Translations under genes and position numbers: made by a program
Virus record (IMG/VR): IMGVR_UViG_3300028591_000121
Location: 55,417-119,416 of that record
Length of the DNA stretch: 64,000 bases
DNA from: a virus
Taxonomy: Duplodnaviria > Caudoviricetes
Direction: 5' to 3' (one strand)
Part shown: positions 52,351 through 64,000 of the stretch, in pieces
How positions within the stretch are numbered: the first letter of the stretch is position 1
How the letters are laid out: the number at the start of each line of letters is the position of its first letter
The notes under the pieces: generated by a model
Databases searched by the model: none
Told to the model about the DNA's origin: nothing
The model's input: the letters and a program-made list of their open reading frames with translations, nothing else

Positions 52351-54300
52351 TTATATATCCGTAGTAGCTTCTTGCGCTGTTGCAACACGTAACCACATAT
52401 TAACAGCAAAATATGGCGGTAAATTCCAACCCGTTTCAGTAGCTCCGTGGTTGTGAGGCTGACCAATAGCGGTCCCTGTACGGACAGTCATATTACTTGC
52501 ACTTTGGATAACACCGTCAGATCTGGATCTATTATTTCTCACATCAGCAGAACCGCTTCCATCGCCGTTAACAGCAACAGCGGCTCTAGTACCACTACCA
52601 CTATAGCTTGTATTCCACCAGTCCAACATACCATGATAATGTTGCGGGATCTCATTGATAGCCAAGGTATGGTTTTGAGTTGCATGTGAGTGAGCATCTC
52701 CACCAGCTTTAGTTCCCACTATTGCATTCCATCCGCCAGTAATTGAACCTATACTGTTATCATCGTTTGCATTCGGTGCTCCGGCTGCAATGAGATATCT
52801 GCCACTGATACGTCTCCAATATGTACCGGGGAACAATGTAGCCGGACTGGTATTATCAATTGAAATGTATATACTGCCGATAGGATGAATCAGATCAATA
52901 ATCTCCTGCCCATGTGTGTACAGATTCCACGACGGGTTCATATAAACCTGATTCTGTCCATTGGAAGCCAGAGGATATGATCCGAATCCAAAGGAGTTCA
53001 AAGTCTTATCCCACCGCATGAATACGTAAGCTGTATCAATCATGGAATCGACTGTAGTTGTTCCGCCTAATGTATCCGTAACAGAGAACCGCACACTGTA
53101 TCTTGTGCCTTGGTCAAGGGCTGTTCCAGCGGTCGTTGATCCATACGAGTAAACGGTATTCGGCTGTGCTATTCCTGTGTGCATTGGCTGGTAATCTCCA
53201 TTTTGATAGATGGAAATTGTTGCTCCCGTGATGGTGTTGCCGTCCGCAGTATTGAATGCAGAATAGTTCATCCTTGCTCCACCCGTTACACTTGTGGGAT
53301 CTGGAGCTAATGTAGTTGGATCACAGCGGAAGCAAGAATAATCCGTGATCGTCGGAAGATTGTAATCCGCTACATATAAAGTTACTGATGCGGAAGAACT
53401 CTATCCTCTGGAATCTGTAACCGTAAGTGTAAATGTTTTTGTTCCCGCTGTTGCAAATATACTGGTTACGATTGCTCCTTGTGCTGCGTAAGTCGCATCT
53501 CCGCTATGAAGAATACTGTCTCCAGTCAGAGTCCATGAAGCCTAAGTAGCTCCTTGTTGCGGAGTAATTCCACTCCAACTAACTACTGCCGTTGACTTAG
53601 TCTTCCAAGGTTTATTGTTATACCAGTTCGTCAGACTTGGTTCTCCAACAGTAAGGCTCGTCGAACCAATAACGGGTTGATATGCGGGTGTATCGGGAAT
53701 CGATACAGTGCATGTTGTAGAAGATTGTCCGTAATAAGTTCCGTCTTTATAAGTCTGACAAACAATCGATAAAATATTTGAACGGGCGTTCGTCGGCATA
53801 TAAGGCAACCAAGTCGCTACATCGATTGTTGCGGAAGCCGTTCCTGCTCCGACACTTGTCGTTATCCAACCCGTATCATGAGAAGCTCCAGAAGGACTTA
53901 CCATCGTCCACTTGATCTTGTGTACAAGACCAGTCTAACCTTGCGAGTTGCCAATTGTAACAGCACTGAAATCCCCAAGAGTTATATTCCCCGCACTGAT
54001 TGTCGAGGGTCCCTACGCTGATTCATAGTATCCTGTAACCGATATATAGAAAGCACCAGTATTTGCAGATCGGACAGAGTAACTGCCAGAATTGCTTGGG
54101 CTGTTAATTGTATAAGTTGGATGGTTATTAATGTCTGCTATAGGAGTATCACCGTGATACTAATTTCTGGGAGAACCAGAAGCCGCACCATCGATAGTGA
54201 TAACCACACTTGTCATATTGTTTCCGCTTGGAGCAGACCAACTGAATGTCTTAGGGTTAGAACTGACAACCATTCTGTTCCATATACTAAAAGATCCCAT
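52351..54300 (-). CDS. Minor tail/baseplate protein (DUF859-like with fibre-type C-terminus); five TAGs (54160, 54013, 53935, 53542, 53401)
   Basis: One frame, 649 aa; TVTDSRG, HPIGSIYIS...SPATLF, HTLAINEIPQH, NLPPYFAVNMWLRVA. Confidence 0.8.
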
Positions 54301-54319
54301 TTCCTTTCACTTCCTTAAC

Positions 54320-57300
54320 TTACGTTGTCCATGCCCAGTTGATACTTCCGTCAGTATCTTTAGTTGCAATAATCCCGCCAAACTCTAAAGTGTAAAGGAT
54401 CTGAGCATGCGTGATCCAAAGATTGTTCTGCGAGATATATGCCACTTCGTTACCGCTGTCCTTGAATGAGAGTCTGTCGTTTGAAAGAAGAGTTGTCATT
54501 CCAGAGTTATTAGTCCCTTGCTTGCCAAGTTCAAGACCCGCTTCTGTAAATCTAATATAGGTTTTAACCTCTGCATCGTATGCATTTAAAGCATCAGCTG
54601 CGTCATTCCTCGCACTCGTTATTTCTGCCGTAAGAGACCTCGAAGTTTGAGTTAAAGTCGAACTAACAGAATCGATTCGAGTATCCAGATTATCTATTGT
54701 GTTCTCATAATCGAGCCGTTCTCTTACAGTGCTTTCAATTGCATCAGGAGTAATCTTCTGTTCTGCGGAACTGATTCTACTCACAATATCCGAAGCGTTC
54801 ATATTGCACTCAGAATAATCTGTTGCGAAATATCCCTTCTCAATCTTGCACTGTGTAACCATAATCACAACATCTTCTGTCTCATGGGTTCTAGGGCCAG
54901 TACAATAAATAGCCACTTCAACACCCGCAGTCGCTTTGAAGGTGATCTCAAATCTCCGCCAAGTAGAAAGCTAAGTGTTGCCCCAGATCGGAGTGTACTC
55001 ATTAGTACTTATAACACTCAGTGCTTCGTCCGGGCTTGCGTTAGAAGCGTCTGTCTCATATACGTTTACATAGACTTTTGTGGCGTATCTACAGCTTACA
55101 TAACCAGAGAAGGTGTACACTTCATTCGGTGTTAAATCTACACGGTTACTGTAAATACCAACTCTCTGCTCCGCAGTGTGTTCTCCTTGTCTGATAATTA
55201 CACACGTATTTACAGCGGGATCTCTAAACCCGCCGTATGTGTCTGTATCAGTATTGGGTCCGCAAACGCTGAAGTCCGTTGCAGCAACAACTTCCTACTC
55301 ATGAACAGAGTTTTCTTGTGTTCTGTCTCCGTCATTCATAAGAACCCAACCAATCGGATAATTGTGAGTACCATACATCTCGAATCCGCCGTTACGCAGG
55401 AGATTCACACCCGCATACAGATTATCTTCAGGAGCATTCGTGAACCCTGTTGCTGCGTTTCCTCGTTCAAGCTTGGCGTTATAGATCGTCGTTAATCCTC
55501 TGTCTGTTACCCCAGCCGGAACAGCATAGAGATAAAGGTCTATATTCTTCTCATCTACGTCTCCGTTCAGAATCGTAACAGAAGGATCGAGGTACGCTGT
55601 CTTGTAGCTTGTTACATCTACAGTAGCGGAACTGAACTCAGCCATATCCCGCCTGATCTGAAGCAGTGTTTCAAGGGCTGTTGCTTTGGCAATGCCGTCT
55701 GCCTGATCTGTAACAAAAGCTACGATAATTCCGTCCTCATCGTCTTCCAGAATCTTTGCGGTATCCCAAGTCTAAGTACTTCCGCTGACTGCATAGTAGT
55801 CAGGAGAATTAAAATTCTGGACATACGTATTAAGCTCCGCATCTGTATACTACTCATTCCCCGGCGGGGTAATCGCAGTCATCAGAAGCCAGAGAGTCGA
55901 AGTTGCGCTTCCCTCTGTCGCAGTAATACTCTTAACCTTACCGAAGATCGAATAGTACTGGTCTTCGATTGCATCCGTATATCCTGCTTCAGAAGTAAGT
56001 CTTCTGCCCAGAACAACTGGTCTATTCGTTACATCCACATTCCCGTTGACAAGACCCGTCAGGTACGTGTCAAGTTCTGCGGGAGTCTTATTATTTGCAC
56101 CGTTCACAATATTCCACGCAGCGACTTTATCTGTTGCGATCTGATCTGAGGACTGTCTCGCATACTTGGAAAGGAACGTTAGTGTTCTGATCTGTCTTGA
56201 TGTGCCATACGGAATAATATAACCGACGGACTGTCCGCCCTGGGAGAGACACACGTTATACTTCTGTACTCCCGTTGCAGGAATGAAGTCCATCGAGAGA
56301 GTGTACACATGGTCTTCGATTGTCGGTTCAGACAACTCAAAGATCGTAACCTAATCGTCTCTGTTCTTCCGTAGAATACTGGAGTTCAGGATCAGGTTTC
56401 TAGTTCCGTATGTGACTTGATCTTTTACGGACTGAGCAATGTATTCAGGAGTAATCTCAGCAATCGCATCCTTGTTCGCTTTAATACTTCCTTCCATTGT
56501 CTGCCTGTAGGTTTCGATCTTACCAGAGTCTCCGTACATATCCACTGTAAGTCCAGACACTTCACTCTTCAACTCATTAATACTGGGAGTGTAAGGAGTC
56601 GAGGGGCCGTACTCAACTTTAGCGGAATGGTAATAGACAGTAGATGTGTGTTCATGAGTTGAGTTCACGAGAAGAGCTTCCGCATACTCAACGTTATCAG
56701 ACAACGGAGCATTTACTTCGCACCAGTCTTCTTCTCCGGCTGCTACCGTTGTCTCACTCAGGTAGTCTGTATAAGTTCCGTCAAAGTTATGGAGTCGAAG
56801 TCCTACTTTGAAGCTGTCCGTTGTAGGAGCTAAGTGACAGCGGAAACTCAGAGTCTCTGCTCCAGCTTCGTCTGCATCAATCTCAACCGCTCCAAGAACC
56901 AGATCAGTTGCGACATCTGCTTGAGTCAGTGTTGTGGAAGTTCCGGCGAGTAAGTTATCGCCAGAAGATCTTTCCATATCCTGAAGTGCCTGTCCGACCG
57001 CCACATGAATTGATTGGTTTGCGGAAAGATCTAAGCTGTCACCCGCATGGATGTCAAGCTTATCTCCTGTGATACTCCCCGCTTCAATCTATGCTGCGCT
57101 CAGGTATCCAGTCACAATTGCATCAGCGGTAATACCTTTACCACTAGCTGCCGTTCTCCAGTTCCATTCTCCATCTTCAGTCTTACCGTTCGCAATCATC
57201 CACCCATCGCCACTCAGCATCATAGCGGACTGACCATCGGCGGCTTCGAACATAATGTTACCGTTGTCATCTGTATACCAAGAAGACACAGAACTCAGGA

Positions 57301-59287
57301 GACGATTCTTCATTATATCTATCGCTCCGTCCAGTCTGTCCATCATAATTGTGCCTTCTTTAGTTAATGCGTTGGCTCGTTGAAATACATCCTTTCTGGC
57401 TTCCATTTCACTAGCCACAGATGTAATCCTCTGAAGGATCGAGTCAAGGGATTTTCCTGATAAAGTTATCGACTCATTAGTGAGTTCTACTTTATCCTTC
57501 CAAGGAGTATCCAGATACTTTGTGATCTTCTTAACGTACACGATATCGTTGACATTGATCTTCGGATCGTAAATCCTGACTTGCGTATTCACTTCGAAGT
57601 CATTCAGGTCGTATCCGATCACGTCGCTCATCGCAACTCTGTTCACTGTATATGTGCGTTGCGGTCTGCTCATTTGATCGAGAACTTTAATCGCATCCGC
57701 ATACAGGAACTGTTCCTGCCCCTGGATATAATTGGTGTTCGACCAGTAGCCGTCCTTCTACATATCGCCCATGTCCATATAGAACTGGGATTCAAGGCTG
57801 CTCTGCTGATCCTGATAAGTACTCAGTACAGTCTTTGCATTGTACAGGCGGAAGTTCTAGTCCATGGCTTGATAATACAGAGTGTACAGACCAACAGTAG
57901 GAACTGCGTCAGGATCAGTGGTTGTCTCAGGAACACCCGTATAAATAAGCTGAATCTGAGTTCTGATCTCTGCGATTTGTCTGTCGTATTCTGCGATCTT
58001 ATCAGGATCGGTTGTCTGTCTCTTCAACCGCTCGATCTGAGTAATCGCAGACTCCTTAGCTTCGATAGAGACTTCCTTCGATCCAATCGTTCCTGCTGCG
58101 TTCGACTTGCCCTCAGTAGTTGTATACTTAACCGCATACACATCTCCGGCTTGGAAACCGAACGTGCTTGCATTGGATACAACTTCTTTGCGGTAAGTCC
58201 CGGAGGGGCCGACAATATGGAGAACATCCCCGACTACAATCGGAAGTTTATCGTCGCTGATATCCTCAGAACTCTTAATTGTGCTTTCTATCGAGTGAGT
58301 AGTAGAATTTATGTTGTATTGGACGAGCTAGGGTTGACCCCATAAAGTATTAAGCTCATTGCTCATCGTAGTGATTTCTGCCGCGTGTTCTCTGATGTAT
58401 TCAGTGATATTCATTATATTGGCGAGGAATGTATCGTAGATCGCCTGATGTTCCGCAGTAAATAATCCATTCTCTCTGTAGTAGCTGAAGTTCAGGAGAT
58501 ACGTCAGACCAGTCGGGTTCACATCGTCAATACCCACATACCCGTCATCGCCATACTCCCCTTCAACATACAGTCTGGTTACGATGTCCTCGCTCTTCTC
58601 TTCGAAGCTGATCGACTGAAGATCCTTCCCAATCATAACCTCACGCATATCGCCTTTATTATCCATAGAGCGGAACGTGACCATCTTAGTCCGTCCGTCT
58701 TCTGAACAATGGAAGATCGGATATGCATCGAACAGAGTACAGAGATCAGTGATCATCTTATAAGCCCCGGCTTTAGAGTTGGACTTCAGACTGCGGATCT
58801 TAACCGTCTCTCCGTCTTCCTCGTAAATCGTATCTGATCCCGCTGTATCGTAAACCCAACCAGTCCCGGCGAGAACCTGAGTAGCCAGTTCTTGGAGAGT
58901 ACCGATACCCGTCTCGTCTCCGTCAAAGGAAAGGTAAATATTCTTGGTCTTGAGTCCACCGCAGACATGAGAACAAGTCACAGTATTCTCAATTGACTTC
59001 GCATCCCTCTTCTTCTTCGGAGTATGGATAATAAACCAGTCGTAAGAGTTATCCTCTTTCTACCGTATCAGGTACTCGTTCTTTACGAAGTCCCAACGGT
59101 AATTATTCGATCCCTCATCCAGTACATAAGGTAATGTAAAGGTGAGAGTCTTCCAGCCAGTGATCTCATTCACCAGTGTAATGTCATGAGCCGAACCGGG
59201 AGTTGTAATTTCCGAATCATATAAGTTACAGACTTTTTCATAACTGTAATTGAATATGTCTAATGAGACATGTTTGCTCAATCTCAC
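54320..59287 (-). CDS. Tal/tail-spike-like protein, about 1655 aa; ten TAGs (59060, 58328, 57857, 57758, 57089, 56351, 55850, 55772, 55295, 54971)
   Basis: Eight ORF-track fragments share one frame and are separated only by TAG; IVTRLYVEG, NPTGLTYLLNFSYY, WNWRTA, GITADAIVTG, RNLILNS, YIRF...GLELG. Confidence 0.88.
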
Positions 59288-59299
59288 CCTCTCCTTTCT

Positions 59300-60400
59300 T
59301 TACCTCACAAGCGGGGTATATTCTATTCTAAAATCTGTCAGGGTAGCACCTTCACCCTGAATATAAATCTCATTCATCGTTGCAATTATTGTGTCACGGT
59401 TTCCGCCTGTAGACACTCGTTCACTCAGAATTGCGCTATTGGGGTTTGTCACACTGGCAATCTTGCGCCAACCAATTCCGTTGATATAAACATACTTTCC
59501 CACATCTGTAGACTTGCGGAACTGTCCGTTCGAAGTGATAACGGAAGAATTAGGAGTCGTATGGAACTGTATATTTCTGTACGCCCCGCAACTTGCAAGA
59601 GTAATATATCCGAAGTTATGGTAAGAGAAGGCATAGTCTCCGTTGCTGTGATATGTCACTGTTCCAACTGAGCTATCCTATATAAGGCGTTCATTGCCTT
59701 CTGGTAAAGAAACCAGCTTGCATACATCTCCAGTTGTGTGGTTCTCAATCGTGATCCCATTAGGAGCAGTACCGCCAATGCGTATCTTCACTAAGTTCGT
59801 AGTCTCAGTTCCGGGATTGTAAATCTACTGCGGCATTTGAGTGTAGGAAGTTATAAAAGGCATTTGACTCGTATCGACTAATCCACAATATCCTTTAGCG
59901 GATTCCCAGTCTTCGGTTGTCAAGTCAGCTATCGATTCGCTGGCTTGTGCGCTTGTAGAAATTGTATAGGTTCTATCTATTCTCGCATACGCTTCGTAAC
60001 ATGTCAGATAGAAAGTAATCTTACCAGAGAACCTTCCGTTCCCTTCCGCATCATACACTACATAATTCTCTCCTACGGGTTTCTTACTGGGTCTGACCAT
60101 ATAGTAGCACCAGGGGCGATCCACGAATCTTAATTCACCCACGGTATCTTTATGCATCCATCTGTAGATCGCTTCATACTCGCCCGGAGTAAGATCTTCA
60201 TAAAAACACAACAGAGTAAAGTCGAGGTTTTTCACGGTATTGCCAAACCAGTTTGATCCTACTCTGGCTGTTACCGATTCGGTAATCGGCGTAAATTCCG
60301 CTTGGTCAAATGCCCTCGCCTTCTGGTCTGGTATATACCTCAGTCCGAAGTCCTCGCAAGGGATCCCGCAATAGCTGAAACTATACCTCATAACTCCCAT
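59300..60400 (-). CDS. Distal tail protein (Dit)-like; two TAGs (59825, 59678)
   Basis: FSYCGI..EDFGL, GELRF.DRPW.YY.V, *IYNPG; located between TMP and Tal. Confidence 0.82.
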
Positions 60401-60600
60401 TTTCCTCAACTCCTTTAATACTAACGGTTATCTCCAATGGCTCTTTATTCTCACTTGCAAGCCTTTTTAATTCGTCTAATCCGACTTCCTGTTCGAGCTG
60501 CCTTACGGTTTCTTTCCACCTTCTGTCAAGTTCTTCTGATACAAACACAGGACAAGACTAATCAAACTACTCTTCCAACGGCAACTCCTTCTTTCAAAGA

Positions 60601-60629
60601 GGAGAGGAGAGCTTGTGACTCCCCTCTCC
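60601..60629 (-). terminator. Hairpin after the tape measure gene
   Basis: GGAGAGGGGAG/CTCTCCTCTCC followed by TCTTT on the - strand. Confidence 0.55.
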
Positions 60630-60638
60630 GTAATAGGT

Positions 60639-63600
60639 TTAGTTAATACGGACACCGCCGACGCTCATGCCCCGACCGATCCGTTCGTTAATGTAATCCA
60701 TAACACGTTCAGCGACTTCTTCATAATCAGAATCACTGGACAGCTGATCCACTTCAATATGGATACCGCCTTCGAAAGTAATATTCGAAGTACTTGCTCC
60801 ACTGTATTGCGGGTTCAGCGATGGCATACTCACATAAACTCTGTTCAGTGCTTCCATCGTCTTGAGAACCTTATCAAATGTCTCATTCTGTTCAGGAGTA
60901 AGAACACGTTCTTTCTTGTGGATGTACGCAATACCTTCCTGATCACCAGTAGAACCACCTGTATCGAATTCAGCTATACGCTTCTTCTTAATCAGGTCTA
61001 CTACTTTAGCGGCATCAGCCAAGGTTCGACCAGTTGTCTTTTCGATAACTGTATGATCTTTTTCAAGCCCCCACCCATCGATAACACCTGTGTTACTTCC
61101 ACTATTAGGGTCATTAGCCCCAGTACGTTTCTTTACCCCAGGATTATTATTGTTGTTGCCAGGGCCTCCGCCACCGCCGCCACCACCACTTGAACTGCTA
61201 CTGCTTGAGGATTCTCCGTTCCAAGTTGCAGCAGTGTTCGTGAAGTTGTGGAGTTCAAGGTTAGGATTAATATTCTCATACGCCCTATGCAGATACATTA
61301 ACTGATCACGCCAGTCTTCCAACATCCGCTGTCTGTCATACGAACTGGCTTCCATATACTCCTGACTATTCGCTTCGAGGAAAGCAATAATCGCTTCATC
61401 TCCGCCAGCAATAATCTGTTCTACTTCAGCCCAGACAGTTTCAGTAATTCCGCTCATCGTATTGAGTGTGTCTTTCCATTCCTCAATCATCTGAGCCTGT
61501 TGTTCGGACGTGGCGTTCTTATACTCTTCATCGTTCTCTTTGAGCCATGCGATAATATCTTCCTGAGAACCACCAAGCACACTGTTCGCTTCATCGGCAA
61601 AGTTGTGGTTGTCTTCGAGTAACTTATCATAGTACTCGTTCATCCGCTCCTGATAATCTTCGAGGTCTTCAACTTGTTTCTCAATAGACTTCTGCTGATC
61701 CTCTACGGATTTCTCAGCCGCATCCCAAGCCATTTCCTTCTGAAGATCAGTAATCTTCTTCTGGATTTCAAGTGCTTCTTTAGCTCTGGTCGGGTCTGCA
61801 ATAATACGGGCATACTGTGCCTGAAGTTTAGCTAACTCTACAGCCTTATCCTGTTCTTCAGATAACGCCCTTCTCTCGTCAAGAGCTTCAGACAGAGCAT
61901 TCGTCTCTTCTTCAAGGGCATCGATCTTCAGCTGAGTTGTACGCTCAACCTCATCCCGTTCCTTTTCGTACCGGGCTTTGATCGCATCTATAATTCGATC
62001 CTGCATATCCACATAGGCATTAGCAGAATCTTCTTCTCTCTGATTACGATCTTCGATTGCGGTTTTAAGAACGTTCCTCAGTTCGATCTCCTGTTCAAGG
62101 ATTCTTCTGCGGAGTTCTTTCACGGCTTCCGCATTCTCAAGAACAGTATTCTGGTTTTCAAGTATTGCAGTGTCATATTCTGCATAAGCATCTTGCAGTT
62201 CTTTCAGACGGGCGAGTACCTTATCATACTCTTCTGTTCCCTTCTGCTGTGCTGCGAGTTCTTTCTTCGTCGACTCAATACGCTTACCGACTGCATCCTT
62301 GTTCTTCTTATAAAGTTCAGTCTGCTCACGGATTCTCTCGTTCTGCTGTTTAATCGTATTGATCTCACCAGTCAGATAGCCTTGCATATCGTAACGCTCA
62401 CGCAGGATACCCAGTCTGTCGATCAGGTCTTGGAGTTGCTGCTCACGGAATTTAATCTGTTCTAACCAGTTGGATTGTTCAGTGGCTTTCTTGTCGGTCT
62501 TGGAGCTACTGGCGTTCTTATCTTTGTTACCGCCACCGCCTCCGCCACCACCTCCACCTTTTTTGTTAGAGGTTGTCTTGCTTCCAGTTGATCCGATGCC
62601 ATTAACATGAAGAGAAGCTACGGTTTTATCTGCATTAAGCGTTGCGGAAATCGTTGCACCCGCTGCGCTTAACATTGTATTGATCATATTGGCAAGGTCT
62701 TTTTCTGCATCCGATGCACTAGCACCTAACGTAATCAATCCGTTGTTCCAGGTAGAAGGATCGAAGCTAGAACCGGCAATTGCGTACATGGCATTAACCA
62801 ACGATTCGAGGGAAAACTGTGCCGTATCACATTGCGAAGTTAATTCAGACAAAGCCTATGCCATACCGCTTGCAGTAGAAAGCTGTTCTTCGGTCATGCC
62901 TGTAGCAGTTGTAAGATCTTTCATTGCATCGGTATATTCGGTCGTTCCCTTCTTTGCACCGTTTGATAACGTCTTGTATGCGGTCATGCCCTTGTTGAGT
63001 TTTTCCAGTGTTGCGACATTCGATTTGTATGCCTTACTCGCATCATCCATATTCCCATTCAGGACATCGTAAACCTTAGACATGCCATCCAGAATCTTAC
63101 CGCTCTTTTCGAGATTCTTCAGGTTCTTCATCTGATAGGCTTTCTCAGTTTCTTTGCCCCATTTCTGTGCATCTTTCGTTCCCTTTTTAAGAGCATCATA
63201 ATACTCGTCACTGAAGCCAAGCATCTTCTTGACACTCTTCTGTTGGGTATCGCTCTATCTATTCCAACTTTCGCCTAACTGCTGTAATCCCTTTTCGGAT
63301 TTAGAAAGCTCTACGATCTTCTTCTCGTACTTATCGATATCAGGAGATTCACTGTCAAGAGTCGTAAGAGAACCGAACATTCCGTCAGCTTTATACTCTT
63401 CACCAAATCCGTATTCCTTGTAAACACCAAGAGCCTTCATCAGATCATCAACACTATTAATATTAGAGGTATCGACCTGACCAATTTGAGCCATAGTGAT
63501 CAGCTACTGAGCAAGAGCCTGGTTAGCATCTTGAGCGTCACCCGCTATTCTTTCGAGTCCATCCCACCAACCTTCTCCGTACTCACCGAATGCAGATTGA

Positions 63601-64000
63601 GGATCAAACGTTGCATCAGCAGCCATCGTTTCGTAAGCATCAGACAGAGAATGAATAGCCATTTCTGCGGCTTCGGCTTGTTTAACAATCTCTTCAGTTC
63701 CGCCCTCGTAAGCGTTCATTACAATGGTCTTACCATTCTCGCCGTTATCCGCATTAAAGATATCGTCGATACTGCCTAATCCCTGTAAGTTATCATCTAT
63801 GTATTGCTTGACTTCGTCTTCAGATAATACTTTGCCATTCGGAAGGATCGGAGTTACTGTTAATGTTACTACTTTTCCGTCAGCTAATTCTACGCCTGTA
63901 GAATAAGAGTCAAATGTGGAATAGCTTCCTTCTTCAACATCCCATCCCTTAGCGTTCATGGCTTGCCAAGGAACTTTCTTACGATTAAAAGTAACACCGC
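60639..64000 (-). CDS. Tape measure protein, C-terminal part (runs off the window); TAGs at 63504, 63255, 62856
   Basis: Four same-frame fragments joined by TAG; long coiled coil, Gly/Ser linkers, FDTGG.TG...IHKKERVLTPEQ. Confidence 0.88.

Larger units (their letters stand above)
1..64000. mobile_element. Segment of a large temperate tailed phage genome (siphovirus-like) using a non-standard code (TAG = sense, probably Leu)
   Basis: Replication, nucleotide-metabolism, integrase, lysis and tail modules lie in two convergent arms meeting at about 40.03 kb. No host housekeeping operons are present. AGGAGG-type RBSs and anaerobic RNR suggest an anaerobic Bacillota host. Confidence 0.95.

Noticed and set aside
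61165-62560. CCG/CCA runs as repeat elements
   Set aside because: They encode Gly/Ser linkers of the tape measure protein.
7605-63506. TAG = Gln (table 15), the usual phage amber recoding
   Set aside because: A few sites are compatible with Gln (holin AV*AAE, lysin ALE*AGV, RuvC EIA*EI). However, the constrained sites (MGTRH*, TM helices, W*EQE, paralog columns with Leu) need a large hydrophobic residue, and none requires Gln.
40055-64000. Decayed prophage with pseudogenised tail and lysis genes
   Set aside because: All interruptions found are TAG in a single frame, with no TAA/TGA or frameshifts, and RBSs and overlaps are intact. Random decay would not give this.

Overview
This is 64 kb of a large temperate tailed phage, probably a siphovirus of an anaerobic Bacillota/Clostridia host. 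The + strand (1-40 kb) carries primase-helicase, a Cas4-like nuclease, an antirepressor, DnaE, a nucleotide-metabolism block (thyX, dut, nrdH-like, nrdD, nrdG), RuvC, a DHH phosphoesterase, a split C5-methyltransferase, about 19 kb of tiny accessory genes with five tRNA-like RNAs, a tyrosine integrase and an NgoBV/NlaIV-like type II R-M pair. The - strand (40-64 kb) carries the end of the late operon: tape measure, Dit, Tal-like protein, receptor-binding/fibre genes, endolysin and holins. Main result: the phage does not use the standard code. More than 55 in-frame TAG codons interrupt otherwise intact genes, and I saw no in-frame TAA/TGA or frameshift in those genes. Conserved motifs and paralogs inside this window place TAG at leucine positions. 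So amber appears to be read as Leu, not Gln as in the commonly described amber-recoded phages. TAGs are concentrated in lysis, tail, thyX and ruvC genes and absent from DnaE, primase, NrdD, integrase and the R-M genes. Secondary results: three tRNA-Leu-like RNA scaffolds with no anticodon arm, a Xer-like recombinase beside directly repeated sites that bracket a fibre C-terminus and small cassettes, and a phage RemA homolog. All translation was by hand and family assignments come from remembered motifs, not database searches.
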